IMG/VR virus record: IMGVR_UViG_3300021387_000109
Span: 12,008 to 76,007 of that record
Strand: one strand, 5' to 3'
DNA length: 64,000 bases
Source: a virus
Lineage: Duplodnaviria > Caudoviricetes
This document shows, piece by piece, positions 42,719-51,887 of this stretch. The first letter of the stretch is position 1. The number at the start of each line of letters is the position of its first letter. The position numbers were made by a program, and so were the translations under genes. A model generated the notes under the pieces. The model did not search any database and was not told where the DNA came from. It saw only the letters and a program-made list of their open reading frames with translations.

Positions 42719-43370
42719 ATACAAAGCCTTAAGACAGAAATCTAAAGCCCCAACGTTCGCCTTAACTTATGGAGGAACATACAGGACTTTGATGACTAAT
42801 TGTGGTTTTGATGAAACAACTGCAAAAACAGTTGAAGCAAAGTACCATGAACTCTATTCGGTTTCAGATCAGTGGGTTAAGAACAAACTGATCCAAGCTT
42901 CCAAGGATGGATATGTAACAGTTGCTTTTGGACTAAGAGTAAGAACTCCAGTCATTAAGCAATGTATTCTTAATACCAAGGTAACACCCAAAGAAGCAGA
43001 AGCAGAAAAGAGAACAGCAGGAAATGCTTTAGGACAGTCTTGGGGCTTATTGAATACTAGAGCAGGAATAGAGTTCAACTCTTTGGTTAGGGAATCCCCT
43101 TATAAGTATTCAATAAAGCCCTGTGTTCAAATTCATGATGCACAGTACTTCTTGATCAAGGATGATCCAGATGTAATCCTATGGGCTAATGAACATCTTG
43201 TAAAAGCAGTTCAATGGCAGAATCATCCGGATATCTATCATGAACGTGTTAAACTTGGTGGTGAATTTTCTATATTCTGGCCTGATTGGTCTCATGAGTT
43301 AACTTTACCCAATAAATTGACTAAAGAAGAATTGATCTCTTTGGTTCAAAACTATGTGAAATCACAATGA
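42654..43370 (+). CDS. Family A DNA polymerase, C-terminal part (motifs B and C)
   Basis: RQKSKAPTFALTYGGT (motif B), RTAGNALGQS, QIHDAQY (motif C); TTG start with weak AAGG SD. Confidence 0.9.
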   Translation: MKIQEIDPKLAEVEIINSIKSRYKALRQKSKAPTFALTYGGTYRTLMTNCGFDETTAKTVEAKYHELYSVSDQWVKNKLIQASKDGYVTVAFGLRVRTPVIKQCILNTKVTPKEAEAEKRTAGNALGQSWGLLNTRAGIEFNSLVRESPYKYSIKPCVQIHDAQYFLIKDDPDVILWANEHLVKAVQWQNHPDIYHERVKLGGEFSIFWPDWSHELTLPNKLTKEELISLVQNYVKSQ

Positions 43371-43657
43371 CTGAGAAGAAATATTATTTCTATTTGCTTA
43401 CTGCTGAACTTTCTAGTAGACATAAGAATGAAAAAGAATCTATTAGATTTCCAATCTCTACTATAGTACCTTGGTCTAAGAACCATTTCACTCAGAAAGA
43501 TCTTGAATCTCTGGTTCAAAAACTTTCTGATGCTGCTAAGGAATGTTGTGACAAGAGTAATTATGAATTCAAGAGTTATGAACTTCTTGCTCTAAGTTAT
43601 CTTGGACACATGACCAAGGAAGAATTTTCAGGAAAGAATGATGAAGTTCACGAATGA
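43367..43657 (+). CDS. Hypothetical protein (96 aa)
   Basis: ATGA coupling, packed. Confidence 0.65.
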   Translation: MTEKKYYFYLLTAELSSRHKNEKESIRFPISTIVPWSKNHFTQKDLESLVQKLSDAAKECCDKSNYEFKSYELLALSYLGHMTKEEFSGKNDEVHE

Positions 43658-44606
43658 GTCTTCAGTACCACTTCCTCTGGCAGTATGGGCAGTAGATGAT
43701 GATTATGATTTTGTTAATGATCCTGATTATTTCTCTGTTACTTCTTTACTTAAGCCTATTCGACAGGTGGTGCTATCTAAAAGAATTGATCCTGACTCAA
43801 TTAAGACAGATGTGGAAGGTCTTGTAGCCATTGCTATGGGCAAGAGCATCCATGCTGGAATTGAAAGAGCATGGACAAGAAATCTAGTCACCAATCTAAA
43901 GTTGCTTGGTTATCAGGATGGAATCATCAAGCGTTTCAAGGTCAATCCTGAAACGATTAGTGAAGGTGACATTCCTGTTTACATTGAGCAGAGGAAGATC
44001 AAGGAATTTGAAGGATTCAAGATCGGAGGAAAGTATGACATGGTTCTGGATGGTGTGGTATACGACAACAAGTCCACTTCCACATTCAAGTGGACCAACC
44101 ATTCCAGTGACGATGACTACATCAAGCAAGGTAGTCTTTATCGTTGGTTGAACCAGGATAAGATTACCTCAGACTATATCCGTATTAACTTTATTTTTAC
44201 GGATTGGTCTAAGTTAAGTGCAATTAAAGATCCTGAATATCCACAGCACAAGGTAGCATACAGAGATTATCCTCTCATGAGCATTCCTGAAACGGAAAGG
44301 TTCCTGAGAGAGAGACTGGCTCAAATCAAGCGGTATTGGAATAGTCCTGATGATGAGATTCCAGAATGTACTGATGAAGAACTCTGGAGAACTCCCACCA
44401 AGTACAAGTACTTTGTCAATCCATCTGCTTCTAGAGCAACCAAGAACTTTGATTCTCTGGCTGAAGCAAAGAAATGGATGGCTGACATGGGTAAAGGTGT
44501 AATCCGCATTGTTCCAGGTGAAGCCAGACGCTGCAACTACTGTAATGCTGTACCTATTTGTGAACAGTATAAGAGGTTACACAGTGGATCTGAGCAATGT
44601 TCCTAA
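43638..44606 (+). CDS. PD-(D/E)XK exonuclease with C-terminal Cys cluster (N4 gp42-like)
   Basis: SVTSLLKP.RQ, GKSIH, YIEQR, GKYD....YDNKST, RCNYC...ICEQ. Confidence 0.85.
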   Translation: MMKFTNESSVPLPLAVWAVDDDYDFVNDPDYFSVTSLLKPIRQVVLSKRIDPDSIKTDVEGLVAIAMGKSIHAGIERAWTRNLVTNLKLLGYQDGIIKRFKVNPETISEGDIPVYIEQRKIKEFEGFKIGGKYDMVLDGVVYDNKSTSTFKWTNHSSDDDYIKQGSLYRWLNQDKITSDYIRINFIFTDWSKLSAIKDPEYPQHKVAYRDYPLMSIPETERFLRERLAQIKRYWNSPDDEIPECTDEELWRTPTKYKYFVNPSASRATKNFDSLAEAKKWMADMGKGVIRIVPGEARRCNYCNAVPICEQYKRLHSGSEQCS

Positions 44607-46758
44607 TCCCCCTGTAATTGATGAGATTGTTGAGGTACTATGCAACAAGACTCAGAATACGGATAAGGGATTTTTCAAAGTAGAAGTAGCCTACTTCCTT
44701 GCGAAGATGGCTGCCTGTATGAGAGCAAAGATCCAGACTAAGGATAGAGGTGATGTACCTGTTAACCTCTATGCTTTAGCCCTTGGATCAAGTGGCTATG
44801 GCAAAGGCCACAGCATCTCCATTATGGAGAATGACTTTATCGCAGGCTTCAAGACAAGGTTCTTTGAAGAAACGATGCCCGAGATTTCCAATAAACATCT
44901 GGTCAGGCTGGCTCAGGATAGAGCAATCAGAAACAACACTGAAGAAGAGAAGGAATTAGAAGCTCTAGAAGGCGAATATAAGCGCCTAGGAGCGTATCCT
45001 TTCACCTTTGATAGTGGTACTGCCCCCGCAGTAAAACAACTGCGTGAGAAGCTCATTTTGGCTGATTGTGGGGCTATCAATCTTCAGATTGATGAAATCG
45101 GTTCTAATCTGATTGGTGCTACGGAAGTCTTGAATACATTCCTTGAATTGTACGATCAGGGACAAATCAAGCAAAAGCTGGTAAAGAACACAGTAGATAA
45201 CACAAGAGGAGAAGATCGTGATGGCAAAACACCTACGAACATGCTTCTCTTTGGAACTCCTGTAAAGCTTCTGGATGGATCTCAGACAGAAGATCAGTTC
45301 TATTCTTTTTTAGAGATTGGCTATGCAAGAAGATGCATCTTTGGAATTGGCAAACCATCAAAGAAATCTTCTCATAATCTAACACCGGCTGAGATCTTTG
45401 CAAAACTGACAAGTCCTCAGAATGCAGCTACAGTCAAGAAGTGGAGAACCACCTTCACTAGATTGGCTAACCCTGACAAGTATGATTGGGGAATGCAGAT
45501 AGCAGATGCTACTTCCATAAAGTTAATTGAGTATAAATGTGAGTGTGAAAAACTTGCTGATGAACTTCCTGAACATGAAGAAATCAGAAAGGCAGAACTC
45601 TCCCATAGATACTTCAAGGCTTTAAAATTGGCAGGTGCATTGGCTTTTGTTGATGAAAGTCTTGAAGTGACAATGACGCATTTGCTTCAGGCAATTAAGT
45701 TGGTTGAAGAATCAGGTAATGCTTTCTCTGCCATTTTGACTAGAGAAAAGGCTTACATGAAACTAGCCAAATACATTGCCCAAACAGATACAGAAGTCAC
45801 TCATGCTGATTTGACAGAAGCACTTCCATTCTATAAGTCTGGAGTTGGAGCCAGAAATGAAATGATGAGTCTTGCAATGGCATGGGGCTATAAGCACCAT
45901 ATCATTATCAAGAAATCATTCGTGGATGGTATTGAATTCTTTAAGGGTGAAACTCTTAAGGAAACAAATCTAAATGAAATTATTGTCTCTTATTCAGATG
46001 AATCTCAATTCCAGAACCCTGTGGATGCTTTTGCATGGGGATATCAAAATGAAAGAGCACCTTGGAACCAGATGAATGTTCTGGTTCAATCACCAGGAAT
46101 TCATTGGTGCAACCACTTCTTTATTGATGGACATAGGTGTGAAGAGTCTGTAATGACTAAGTTCAACATGATTGTTGTTGATGTGGATCATGGCATTAAA
46201 CTCAGTAGTGTTCATGAACTCCTCAAGGAGTACAAGTTCATTACATACACAACCAAGAGACATCAAACGGAAGGTGAAGATAGATTCCGAATTCTTATTC
46301 CGATTAACTATGAGCTGGATCTTAGTTCAGAAGAATATAAGGAATTTATGAACAACTTCCTGAGGTGGTTGCCCTTTGAATCTGATGAATCTGCGAACCA
46401 AGCAAGCAAGAAGTGGCTCTCTAATCCTAATGGTATCTTCTATCAGAATGATGGAAAACTGTTGGATGCTCTGATGTTCATTCCAAAGACTAGTAGGAAT
46501 GAACAATATAAGAAAGACATTCAGAAGATTGAGAATCTGGATGCTCTGGAAAGATGGTTTGCCAATTTAATGACAAATGGAAATCGTAATAATCTTCTTA
46601 TTAGATATGCATTGACTCTAGTAGATAATGGCTGTCCATTGCATGAAGTAGAAGCCAAGGTAAGGCATCTCAATAAGTCAATTGTCAATGGCATCTCTGA
46701 TGAAGAGATTAGTAATACGATTATGGTAACTGTAGCTAAGAGGTGTAATAGTGCCTGA
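44584..46758 (+). CDS. Primase/helicase-like replication protein (N4 gp43-like)
   Basis: SSGYGKG, DSGTAPAVKQ, QIDEIG, SHRYFKALKLAG, C-terminal GNRNNLLIRYAL primase C-term; GTG start 44584 with AAGAGG SD. Confidence 0.85.
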   Translation: MDLSNVPNPPVIDEIVEVLCNKTQNTDKGFFKVEVAYFLAKMAACMRAKIQTKDRGDVPVNLYALALGSSGYGKGHSISIMENDFIAGFKTRFFEETMPEISNKHLVRLAQDRAIRNNTEEEKELEALEGEYKRLGAYPFTFDSGTAPAVKQLREKLILADCGAINLQIDEIGSNLIGATEVLNTFLELYDQGQIKQKLVKNTVDNTRGEDRDGKTPTNMLLFGTPVKLLDGSQTEDQFYSFLEIGYARRCIFGIGKPSKKSSHNLTPAEIFAKLTSPQNAATVKKWRTTFTRLANPDKYDWGMQIADATSIKLIEYKCECEKLADELPEHEEIRKAELSHRYFKALKLAGALAFVDESLEVTMTHLLQAIKLVEESGNAFSAILTREKAYMKLAKYIAQTDTEVTHADLTEALPFYKSGVGARNEMMSLAMAWGYKHHIIIKKSFVDGIEFFKGETLKETNLNEIIVSYSDESQFQNPVDAFAWGYQNERAPWNQMNVLVQSPGIHWCNHFFIDGHRCEESVMTKFNMIVVDVDHGIKLSSVHELLKEYKFITYTTKRHQTEGEDRFRILIPINYELDLSSEEYKEFMNNFLRWLPFESDESANQASKKWLSNPNGIFYQNDGKLLDALMFIPKTSRNEQYKKDIQKIENLDALERWFANLMTNGNRNNLLIRYALTLVDNGCPLHEVEAKVRHLNKSIVNGISDEEISNTIMVTVAKRCNSA

Positions 46759-47479
46759 TTCAAATGATCAACTGGTACTAATTTGTGGTTACTCTGCCAA
46801 TGGTAAGTCTGCTTCTTTAAGGAACATCAGGAACCAGGAGAAATGGTACTATTGTTCCTGTGAAGCAGGCAAGAAGCTCCCCTTCAAGAATAAGTTTAAT
46901 TTCTTGAAGGTATCTGATCCATATCAGGTATATGAGGCTTTTGATCATGGCAAGGATGATCCAAACTGTGAAGGCATTGTGATTGATTCATTATCCTTCC
47001 TAATGGATATGTTTGAGGTAATGTATGTCAAGAATGCCTCAAATACCATGAAAGCATGGGGGGAGTATGGAGACTTCTTCAGAACCCTCATGCAGGAGAA
47101 GGTAACTACCTTTAACAAGCCTGTAATCTTCATTGCTCATGTCAAAGATGTTCTTGATGAAAAGTCAATGGAGATTAAGACTTCCGTTCCTATTAAAGGT
47201 TCTCTGGCTGGACAAGGTGTTGAAGCTTTCTTCAGTACTGTTGTAGCAGCTAAGAAGATTCCTATTAAGGAACTTGAGGGATACAAGTCTGATCTTCTTC
47301 ACATTGATGATGAAGAAAAGGAACTTGGATTTAAGTATGTGTTTCAGACGAGAATCACTGGTAAAACAACTGGTGAGAGAATTAGATCTCCGATGGGTCT
47401 GTTCTCCAAAAATGAAACCTTTATGGACAATGATGCACAGATCCTGTTGGATCATCTAAATGAATTTTATAAGGAATAA
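46751..47479 (+). CDS. AAA ATPase (N4 gp44-like, Sak4-like)
   Basis: GYSANGKSASL, IVIDSLSFLMDMFE, IFIAH, RIRSPMG. Confidence 0.85.
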   Translation: MPDSNDQLVLICGYSANGKSASLRNIRNQEKWYYCSCEAGKKLPFKNKFNFLKVSDPYQVYEAFDHGKDDPNCEGIVIDSLSFLMDMFEVMYVKNASNTMKAWGEYGDFFRTLMQEKVTTFNKPVIFIAHVKDVLDEKSMEIKTSVPIKGSLAGQGVEAFFSTVVAAKKIPIKELEGYKSDLLHIDDEEKELGFKYVFQTRITGKTTGERIRSPMGLFSKNETFMDNDAQILLDHLNEFYKE

Positions 47480-47484
47480 GTAAA

Positions 47485-48183
47485 ATGAGCATTTTTGCTA
47501 ACATGACAACCAATGGTCTAGAGGAACAGAAGGATTCTCTCGGTGGTTACTCTCCTCTTGAGACCAATATCTATGAAGCCACAATCAAGGCACTCTATGC
47601 ACAGACTGCCAAGAGTGGTGCTATGTCTCTCAACCTCATTGCTGACATTGATGGTCGTGAGTATCGTGAGACTGTTTATATCACCTCTAAGGATGGTGTG
47701 AACTATTATGTGAATAAGGCAGGTAAGAAGGCTCCTCTTCCTGGTTTCATTACCATGAATGATCTCTGCCTGTGTGCAGTTGGTCGTGAACTCTCTGAAC
47801 TTGAAACTGAGACCAAGGTCATCAAGCTTTATAATCGTGAAGCTAAGACCGAAATGCCTACTGAAGTTCCAATGGTTGTTGATCTTATTGGAACCAAGGT
47901 TGCTCTTGGCATCTTCAAAGAAAAGGTCAACAAGCAGGTTCTTGAAGGCAATACCTATGTGGATTCTGATGAAACTCGTGAACAGAATGTGATCAACAAG
48001 GTGTTCCATCTTGAGACTCACAAGACTGTCAATGAGGCCAAGAATGACCTTGAAGCAGAGTTCTGGGACAAGTGGCTTGCCAAGAATCAGGGCAAGGTGA
48101 TTGACCGGACAAAGAAAGGTGTAAAGAGCAATGCTCCTAAGGCATCTGCTCCTGCTCCCAAGAAGAGTCTGTTCGCTAAGTAG
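47485..48183 (+). CDS. Single-stranded DNA-binding protein (N4 gp45-like)
   Basis: SGAMSL, YRETVYITS, LPGFI..NDL, N.I.KVFH, C-terminal KKSLF. Confidence 0.85.
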   Translation: MSIFANMTTNGLEEQKDSLGGYSPLETNIYEATIKALYAQTAKSGAMSLNLIADIDGREYRETVYITSKDGVNYYVNKAGKKAPLPGFITMNDLCLCAVGRELSELETETKVIKLYNREAKTEMPTEVPMVVDLIGTKVALGIFKEKVNKQVLEGNTYVDSDETREQNVINKVFHLETHKTVNEAKNDLEAEFWDKWLAKNQGKVIDRTKKGVKSNAPKASAPAPKKSLFAK

Positions 48184-48184
48184 T

Positions 48185-48601
48185 ATGAAGTACTGCCAAT
48201 ATGAATTGGTAGTACCTGCATCTGTAAAGGTTGGGAGAAAGAAATATTCTCTCAACCTTAATATTTATCGAAACTTGAATCCATACATCTTGAACCAGAT
48301 GAAAAGAAACTTTACAGATCTGGTAAAAGATCAACTGGATCAACTCCCTAAATTCAAAACTTTAAAAATCACTTATGTCTTTTACCATAAAGGCAAGAGG
48401 TTGATTGATGTATCGAACTTTTGTTCGATAGTAGATAAGTTTTTTAGCGATGCTTTAGTAGAAGCTAAGATTATCAAGGATGACAACTATACGATTATCC
48501 CGCAAGTAGTCTATGCCTTCGGTACTCCTACTACAGAAGAATCCCATTTTAGAATTAAATTAGAAGGTTTAACCTATGAAAATCAATCTGACACAGCCTG
48601 A
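48185..48601 (+). CDS. RusA-like Holliday junction resolvase
   Basis: LNLNIYRN, DVSN..SIVDKFFSDALV...I.DDN. Confidence 0.8.
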   Translation: MKYCQYELVVPASVKVGRKKYSLNLNIYRNLNPYILNQMKRNFTDLVKDQLDQLPKFKTLKITYVFYHKGKRLIDVSNFCSIVDKFFSDALVEAKIIKDDNYTIIPQVVYAFGTPTTEESHFRIKLEGLTYENQSDTA

Positions 48602-48845
48602 AATTGAACAGGCCATCAAGGACTATCTTAAGAATTACATCTCTATGCCTGGATGTGACTTCCGTATTGAAATGAGTGCTACCAGAGGTGCTGCTGGATT
48701 CATTGCAGAAGTTACTGTCTGCAAGGCAGAAGAGGTTCATACTCTTACTCCAAAGCAACTTGAAAAACCTGTTCCTGAAGTAAATACTGAAACAGGTGAA
48801 GTTGAACAGCCTAAGAGACAGTCTCTCTTCTCAGGTTTAAAGTAA
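48576..48845 (+). CDS. Conserved N4-like small protein
   Basis: MKINLTQPEIEQAIKDY...SLFSGL; AAGG SD. Confidence 0.7.
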   Translation: MKINLTQPEIEQAIKDYLKNYISMPGCDFRIEMSATRGAAGFIAEVTVCKAEEVHTLTPKQLEKPVPEVNTETGEVEQPKRQSLFSGLK

Positions 48846-49079
48846 ATGGACAACTCTGATAAAGTAGTCTTAATTGATGCCTCTAATGGAATAATTATGG
48901 AATATAAAGGTATCAAAGGTTCCTTATTTATTGATCCAGAGGCTGAAATTCTGCGTGGACAACTATTGAATACTAGTAAAATCCTTCTTATTTATGAAGG
49001 TAACACAATTGAAAGCATTAAGAAAACTTTCAAGAAATGTGTTAAAGCATACTTAGAAATGCTAACTGTGAAAGATTAG
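48846..49079 (+). CDS. HicB-like antitoxin N-terminal domain, orphan
   Basis: MEYKG..GS...D.E..ILRG.LL.....I.YEG.TI......F...V..YLE; no DNA-binding C-terminus and no hicA nearby. Confidence 0.7.
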   Translation: MDNSDKVVLIDASNGIIMEYKGIKGSLFIDPEAEILRGQLLNTSKILLIYEGNTIESIKKTFKKCVKAYLEMLTVKD

Positions 49080-49092
49080 TGTACAATAGGAA

Positions 49093-49302
49093 TCGAAGCG
49101 AAGAGTGGTAATATTGTAGTCATACTGACATGACAATCCTAGAAAGTTAAATCGGACCCCATCCACCAACACCACCATCCGATTTAACTTTCAGATGAAT
49201 CCTTGGGGTTTAACTCCTTAAATTCGTTTCATGCATATCTCCTTTACCCGAGGGTTCATCTGAAAGTTTATTTTAGACCTGCTTTTAAGCAGGTCTTTTT
49301 TT
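49093..49302 (+). ncRNA. Candidate small RNA (about 210 nt) with two long overlapping hairpins and own terminator
   Basis: 15 bp stem 49142-49192 with C-rich loop; 22 bp stem 49186-49268 with loop antisense to AAAGGAG...ATG; TACAAT at 49082; terminator 49275-49302. Confidence 0.7.
49275..49302 (+). terminator. Rho-independent terminator
   Basis: AGACCTGC/GCAGGTCT stem plus T-run. Confidence 0.85.
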
Positions 49303-49316
49303 ATATAGGCACCAAC

Positions 49317-49580
49317 ATGATTGATCTGAATAATATTGACATGTCTTTTGATAAAGGCATGCTAGGCATTGAATTGTCTAGAGAACGCTGGGAAATTATT
49401 CATAATGCTCTATTAACTTATGCCAAGAGTGATGTACATGCAATCAATCTCAATTCTTTTGATGATGTTGCAGAATTGTATTTAGATGTTCATGGAGTAT
49501 TGAAACTGTATGATCAGCAACTTGATAGATATAAGAAGATTGAAGGGCTTAAAAGAGCAGGACATAGAACCACTAAATAA
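49317..49580 (+). CDS. Hypothetical protein (87 aa)
   Basis: ATG 49317 after terminator (track start lies inside the RNA element). Confidence 0.6.
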   Translation: MIDLNNIDMSFDKGMLGIELSRERWEIIHNALLTYAKSDVHAINLNSFDDVAELYLDVHGVLKLYDQQLDRYKKIEGLKRAGHRTTK

Positions 49581-50055
49581 GTTTATTGAAGCCTTAGAGA
49601 ATGGTAGAAAGGCTCAACTAATAGCCTATGGAACAGTTGCAGGAACGGGGTGCAATATACTTAAATATTTAAAAATAGCACTTATTGATTTAAAACATTT
49701 TGTTCTATTCGCAAATACTTCTTACTTACGAATATATAAAGAAGCTTTTGATGCTTTAAATAAAGTACAGACAGCTATTTGGGAAGGTAAAAAGAGTTGG
49801 GAATATACAGAATTTTTAGGCTGTTTTATAGATGAATTTGTAGTCTATGATTTTACAAAGTTTTTAAAAAATCTAATGGAACAGATTATAAATAATAATT
49901 ATATAGAGACTGAGTTAAATCGTAAGCATTACACAATAATAAGTGATGTTTTATTTCGACTTATAAAAGCACAAATGGCTATCAATGATCAGGGAATGGA
50001 AGAATATTTAGAAACTGCCTATAGATACTTTCAATCTGGAGTAGATAATGATTGA
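49510..50055 (+). CDS. Paralog array B, member 1
   Basis: KFIEALENGRKAQLIAYG...C. Confidence 0.7.
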   Translation: MISNLIDIRRLKGLKEQDIEPLNKFIEALENGRKAQLIAYGTVAGTGCNILKYLKIALIDLKHFVLFANTSYLRIYKEAFDALNKVQTAIWEGKKSWEYTEFLGCFIDEFVVYDFTKFLKNLMEQIINNNYIETELNRKHYTIISDVLFRLIKAQMAINDQGMEEYLETAYRYFQSGVDND

Positions 50056-50533
50056 ATCTCTAAGCAAAGAAGAAATACAACAGTATAAAAAATTCGTTGA
50101 TGCATTAGAAACTGCTAGAAATGCTCAGATCTTAGCATATGGAGAGACTATAAGTTATAAGTGCAAATTCTTTAGAGACCTTGAACGAGTTTTAGATTGT
50201 TTAGAATATCCATATGGAACATACGTATCTAGGAATATAATAGAAGTACTTGAAGATATTCGTTTAACACTTGAAAGAAAATCAAGAAAAAGTTCTACAT
50301 ATAGAGCATATTCAGAGTGTTTTTTACCTGAAGAAGCTATATTAGATTTTATAGACTTTATTCTAACAATAATAGATAAAACCACTGGTTTTACTATGGA
50401 AGAATATTATAACTATAGTTCAGCAAATTATATGCTTAGTTGTTATATTCGAGCACAACTATCACATAGTTCTGATACCATAGAAAAATATATTGCAATA
50501 GGTAGCAAACATTATAAAAATTTGTTTGGATAA
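50048..50533 (+). CDS. Paralog array B, member 2
   Basis: YKKFVDALETARNAQILAYG...CKFF; GGAG SD. Confidence 0.78.
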   Translation: MIESLSKEEIQQYKKFVDALETARNAQILAYGETISYKCKFFRDLERVLDCLEYPYGTYVSRNIIEVLEDIRLTLERKSRKSSTYRAYSECFLPEEAILDFIDFILTIIDKTTGFTMEEYYNYSSANYMLSCYIRAQLSHSSDTIEKYIAIGSKHYKNLFG

Positions 50534-50536
50534 ATT

Positions 50537-51040
50537 ATGAGTAAATTTTTCCTTGAAAATCATGCTATGCAATATAAGAAGTTTGCTGATGCTCTAGAAA
50601 ATGCTAGGAATGCCCAGATATTGGTGTATGGAAAAACTAAAAGTTGGCACTGTAAACTTTTTGATGAACTTGAATGGGCTTTAGTATATTCTTGGAGACA
50701 TATGTCTGATGGAACAAAAGAAGCTTTTAATTATAAGATTAACCATATCCGTGAAGTATTAAAGAAAAAGTCAAAGAAAAGTTCCATCTATAGAGCATAT
50801 ACAATGTGCTTCTTACCTGAAGAAACTATGCTAGAGTTTATAGATTTTATTTCAATAGCAAGAGTTATGGCTGAAGTTTGTAATCTTGATGATTTTGAAG
50901 TAGAAACTTATGACAGAGCAAATGATATGATTAAAGCATATATTCAAGCACAATCTTTATTTGATTCTTCTATGTATGCAGAGGAAATGGCAAGTTATCT
51001 TAGAATGGCTAACTATGACTATAAGCTACTGTTTGGATAA
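50537..51040 (+). CDS. Paralog array B, member 3
   Basis: YKKFADALENARNAQILVYG...CKLF. Confidence 0.78.
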   Translation: MSKFFLENHAMQYKKFADALENARNAQILVYGKTKSWHCKLFDELEWALVYSWRHMSDGTKEAFNYKINHIREVLKKKSKKSSIYRAYTMCFLPEETMLEFIDFISIARVMAEVCNLDDFEVETYDRANDMIKAYIQAQSLFDSSMYAEEMASYLRMANYDYKLLFG

Positions 51041-51070
51041 AAGAAAAGCCCCTTTTCAGGGGCTTCTTTT
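51039..51070. terminator. Bidirectional terminator at the convergence of middle and late blocks
   Basis: AGCCCC-ttttca-GGGGCT with A-rich and T-rich flanks. Confidence 0.8.
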
Positions 51071-51071
51071 A

Positions 51072-51590
51072 TTAATTAAGGGTTCTACCCTTTCTTACTA
51101 TTGCAAACCAATCATCAGCAAATAGATCTTCATTGCTGGGAATGTAATGTCTTTCAGAAGGCATCAGATTCTCATCAATTTCTCGAATAGATAGTTCAGG
51201 ATAATCTACTCCAACAATTCCACTCCAAGACCTGATATCTCCGTCATCATCAAGATTGAACCAAGCCTCTCTTCCAAAGACATTTGCAGGATTCTCCTCA
51301 TCATTCATGGATGCAAACATCTCTGCAAAAGTCATGCCTCTCTTAACAACAAGAGCATTCTCAGGAAGATCCAGAGCCATCTTAAGAGCATATAGTTCAT
51401 TAATCTCTTCAGGTGCTACTTCTTCTGGTTCTGTTTTCTTCTTTGGTTCGTTATCTTTCTTTGGCTCAGAAGTGTTCTTCTTAGCATCATTTCCTCCAAA
51501 GAGTAGTTCTAGGAACATACCAAAAGCCTTGGCTTCATCCTTTTCTGCTAGCATTTTATTGAACTTTTCATCAAACTCTTTCTGATTCAT
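51072..51590 (-). CDS. Protein with C-terminal DUF2829 / Tad2-like domain and acidic N-terminal extension
   Basis: MTFAEMF...VFGREAW and YIPSNEDLFADDW resemble DUF2829 M.F.EAL...R.GW and W.PSQ.D.LA.DW; AGGA SD before ATG 51590. Confidence 0.6.
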   Translation of the reverse strand: MNQKEFDEKFNKMLAEKDEAKAFGMFLELLFGGNDAKKNTSEPKKDNEPKKKTEPEEVAPEEINELYALKMALDLPENALVVKRGMTFAEMFASMNDEENPANVFGREAWFNLDDDGDIRSWSGIVGVDYPELSIREIDENLMPSERHYIPSNEDLFADDWFAIVRKGRTLN

Positions 51591-51659
51591 TTTAGTATTC
51601 CTATATAGGTCTATTGACAATAGGGATATTAAACCATTCTAAAAGGACTTAGTTGACCT

Positions 51660-51887
51660 ATGTCAAAAGACGTTGAATTTGTAGAAAACCTGTCTAATAA
51701 CTGTCCTAAGTGGTTATTCAAGTTATTAACCAGATTTTTCTTTATTCCTTACTTTACATTAAACCTTTGGTTCGTAAAGTTTAGACTTCATTGCTTGGAT
51801 AAATACCATATTACTTCTGCTTGGTGGAAGTTATTACTGATATTTATCGCAAGCTATGTAGCAGTAGTTTTACTTACTCAGTATTAG
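51660..51887 (+). CDS. Small membrane protein (75 aa)
   Basis: Two hydrophobic stretches; AAGGA SD; convergent 4 nt overlap with vRNAP stop. Confidence 0.55.
   Translation: MSKDVEFVENLSNNCPKWLFKLLTRFFFIPYFTLNLWFVKFRLHCLDKYHITSAWWKLLLIFIASYVAVVLLTQY

Noticed and set aside
47518-48255. 245-aa minus-strand ORF opposite SSB, and similar shadow ORFs within vRNAP and replication genes
   Set aside because: Antisense to conserved genes, with no SD and no recognisable motifs
49157-49177. Chi-like GTTGGTGG on the minus strand of the C-rich loop
   Set aside because: Single occurrence, host Chi unknown, and expected by chance in a CCA-rich loop
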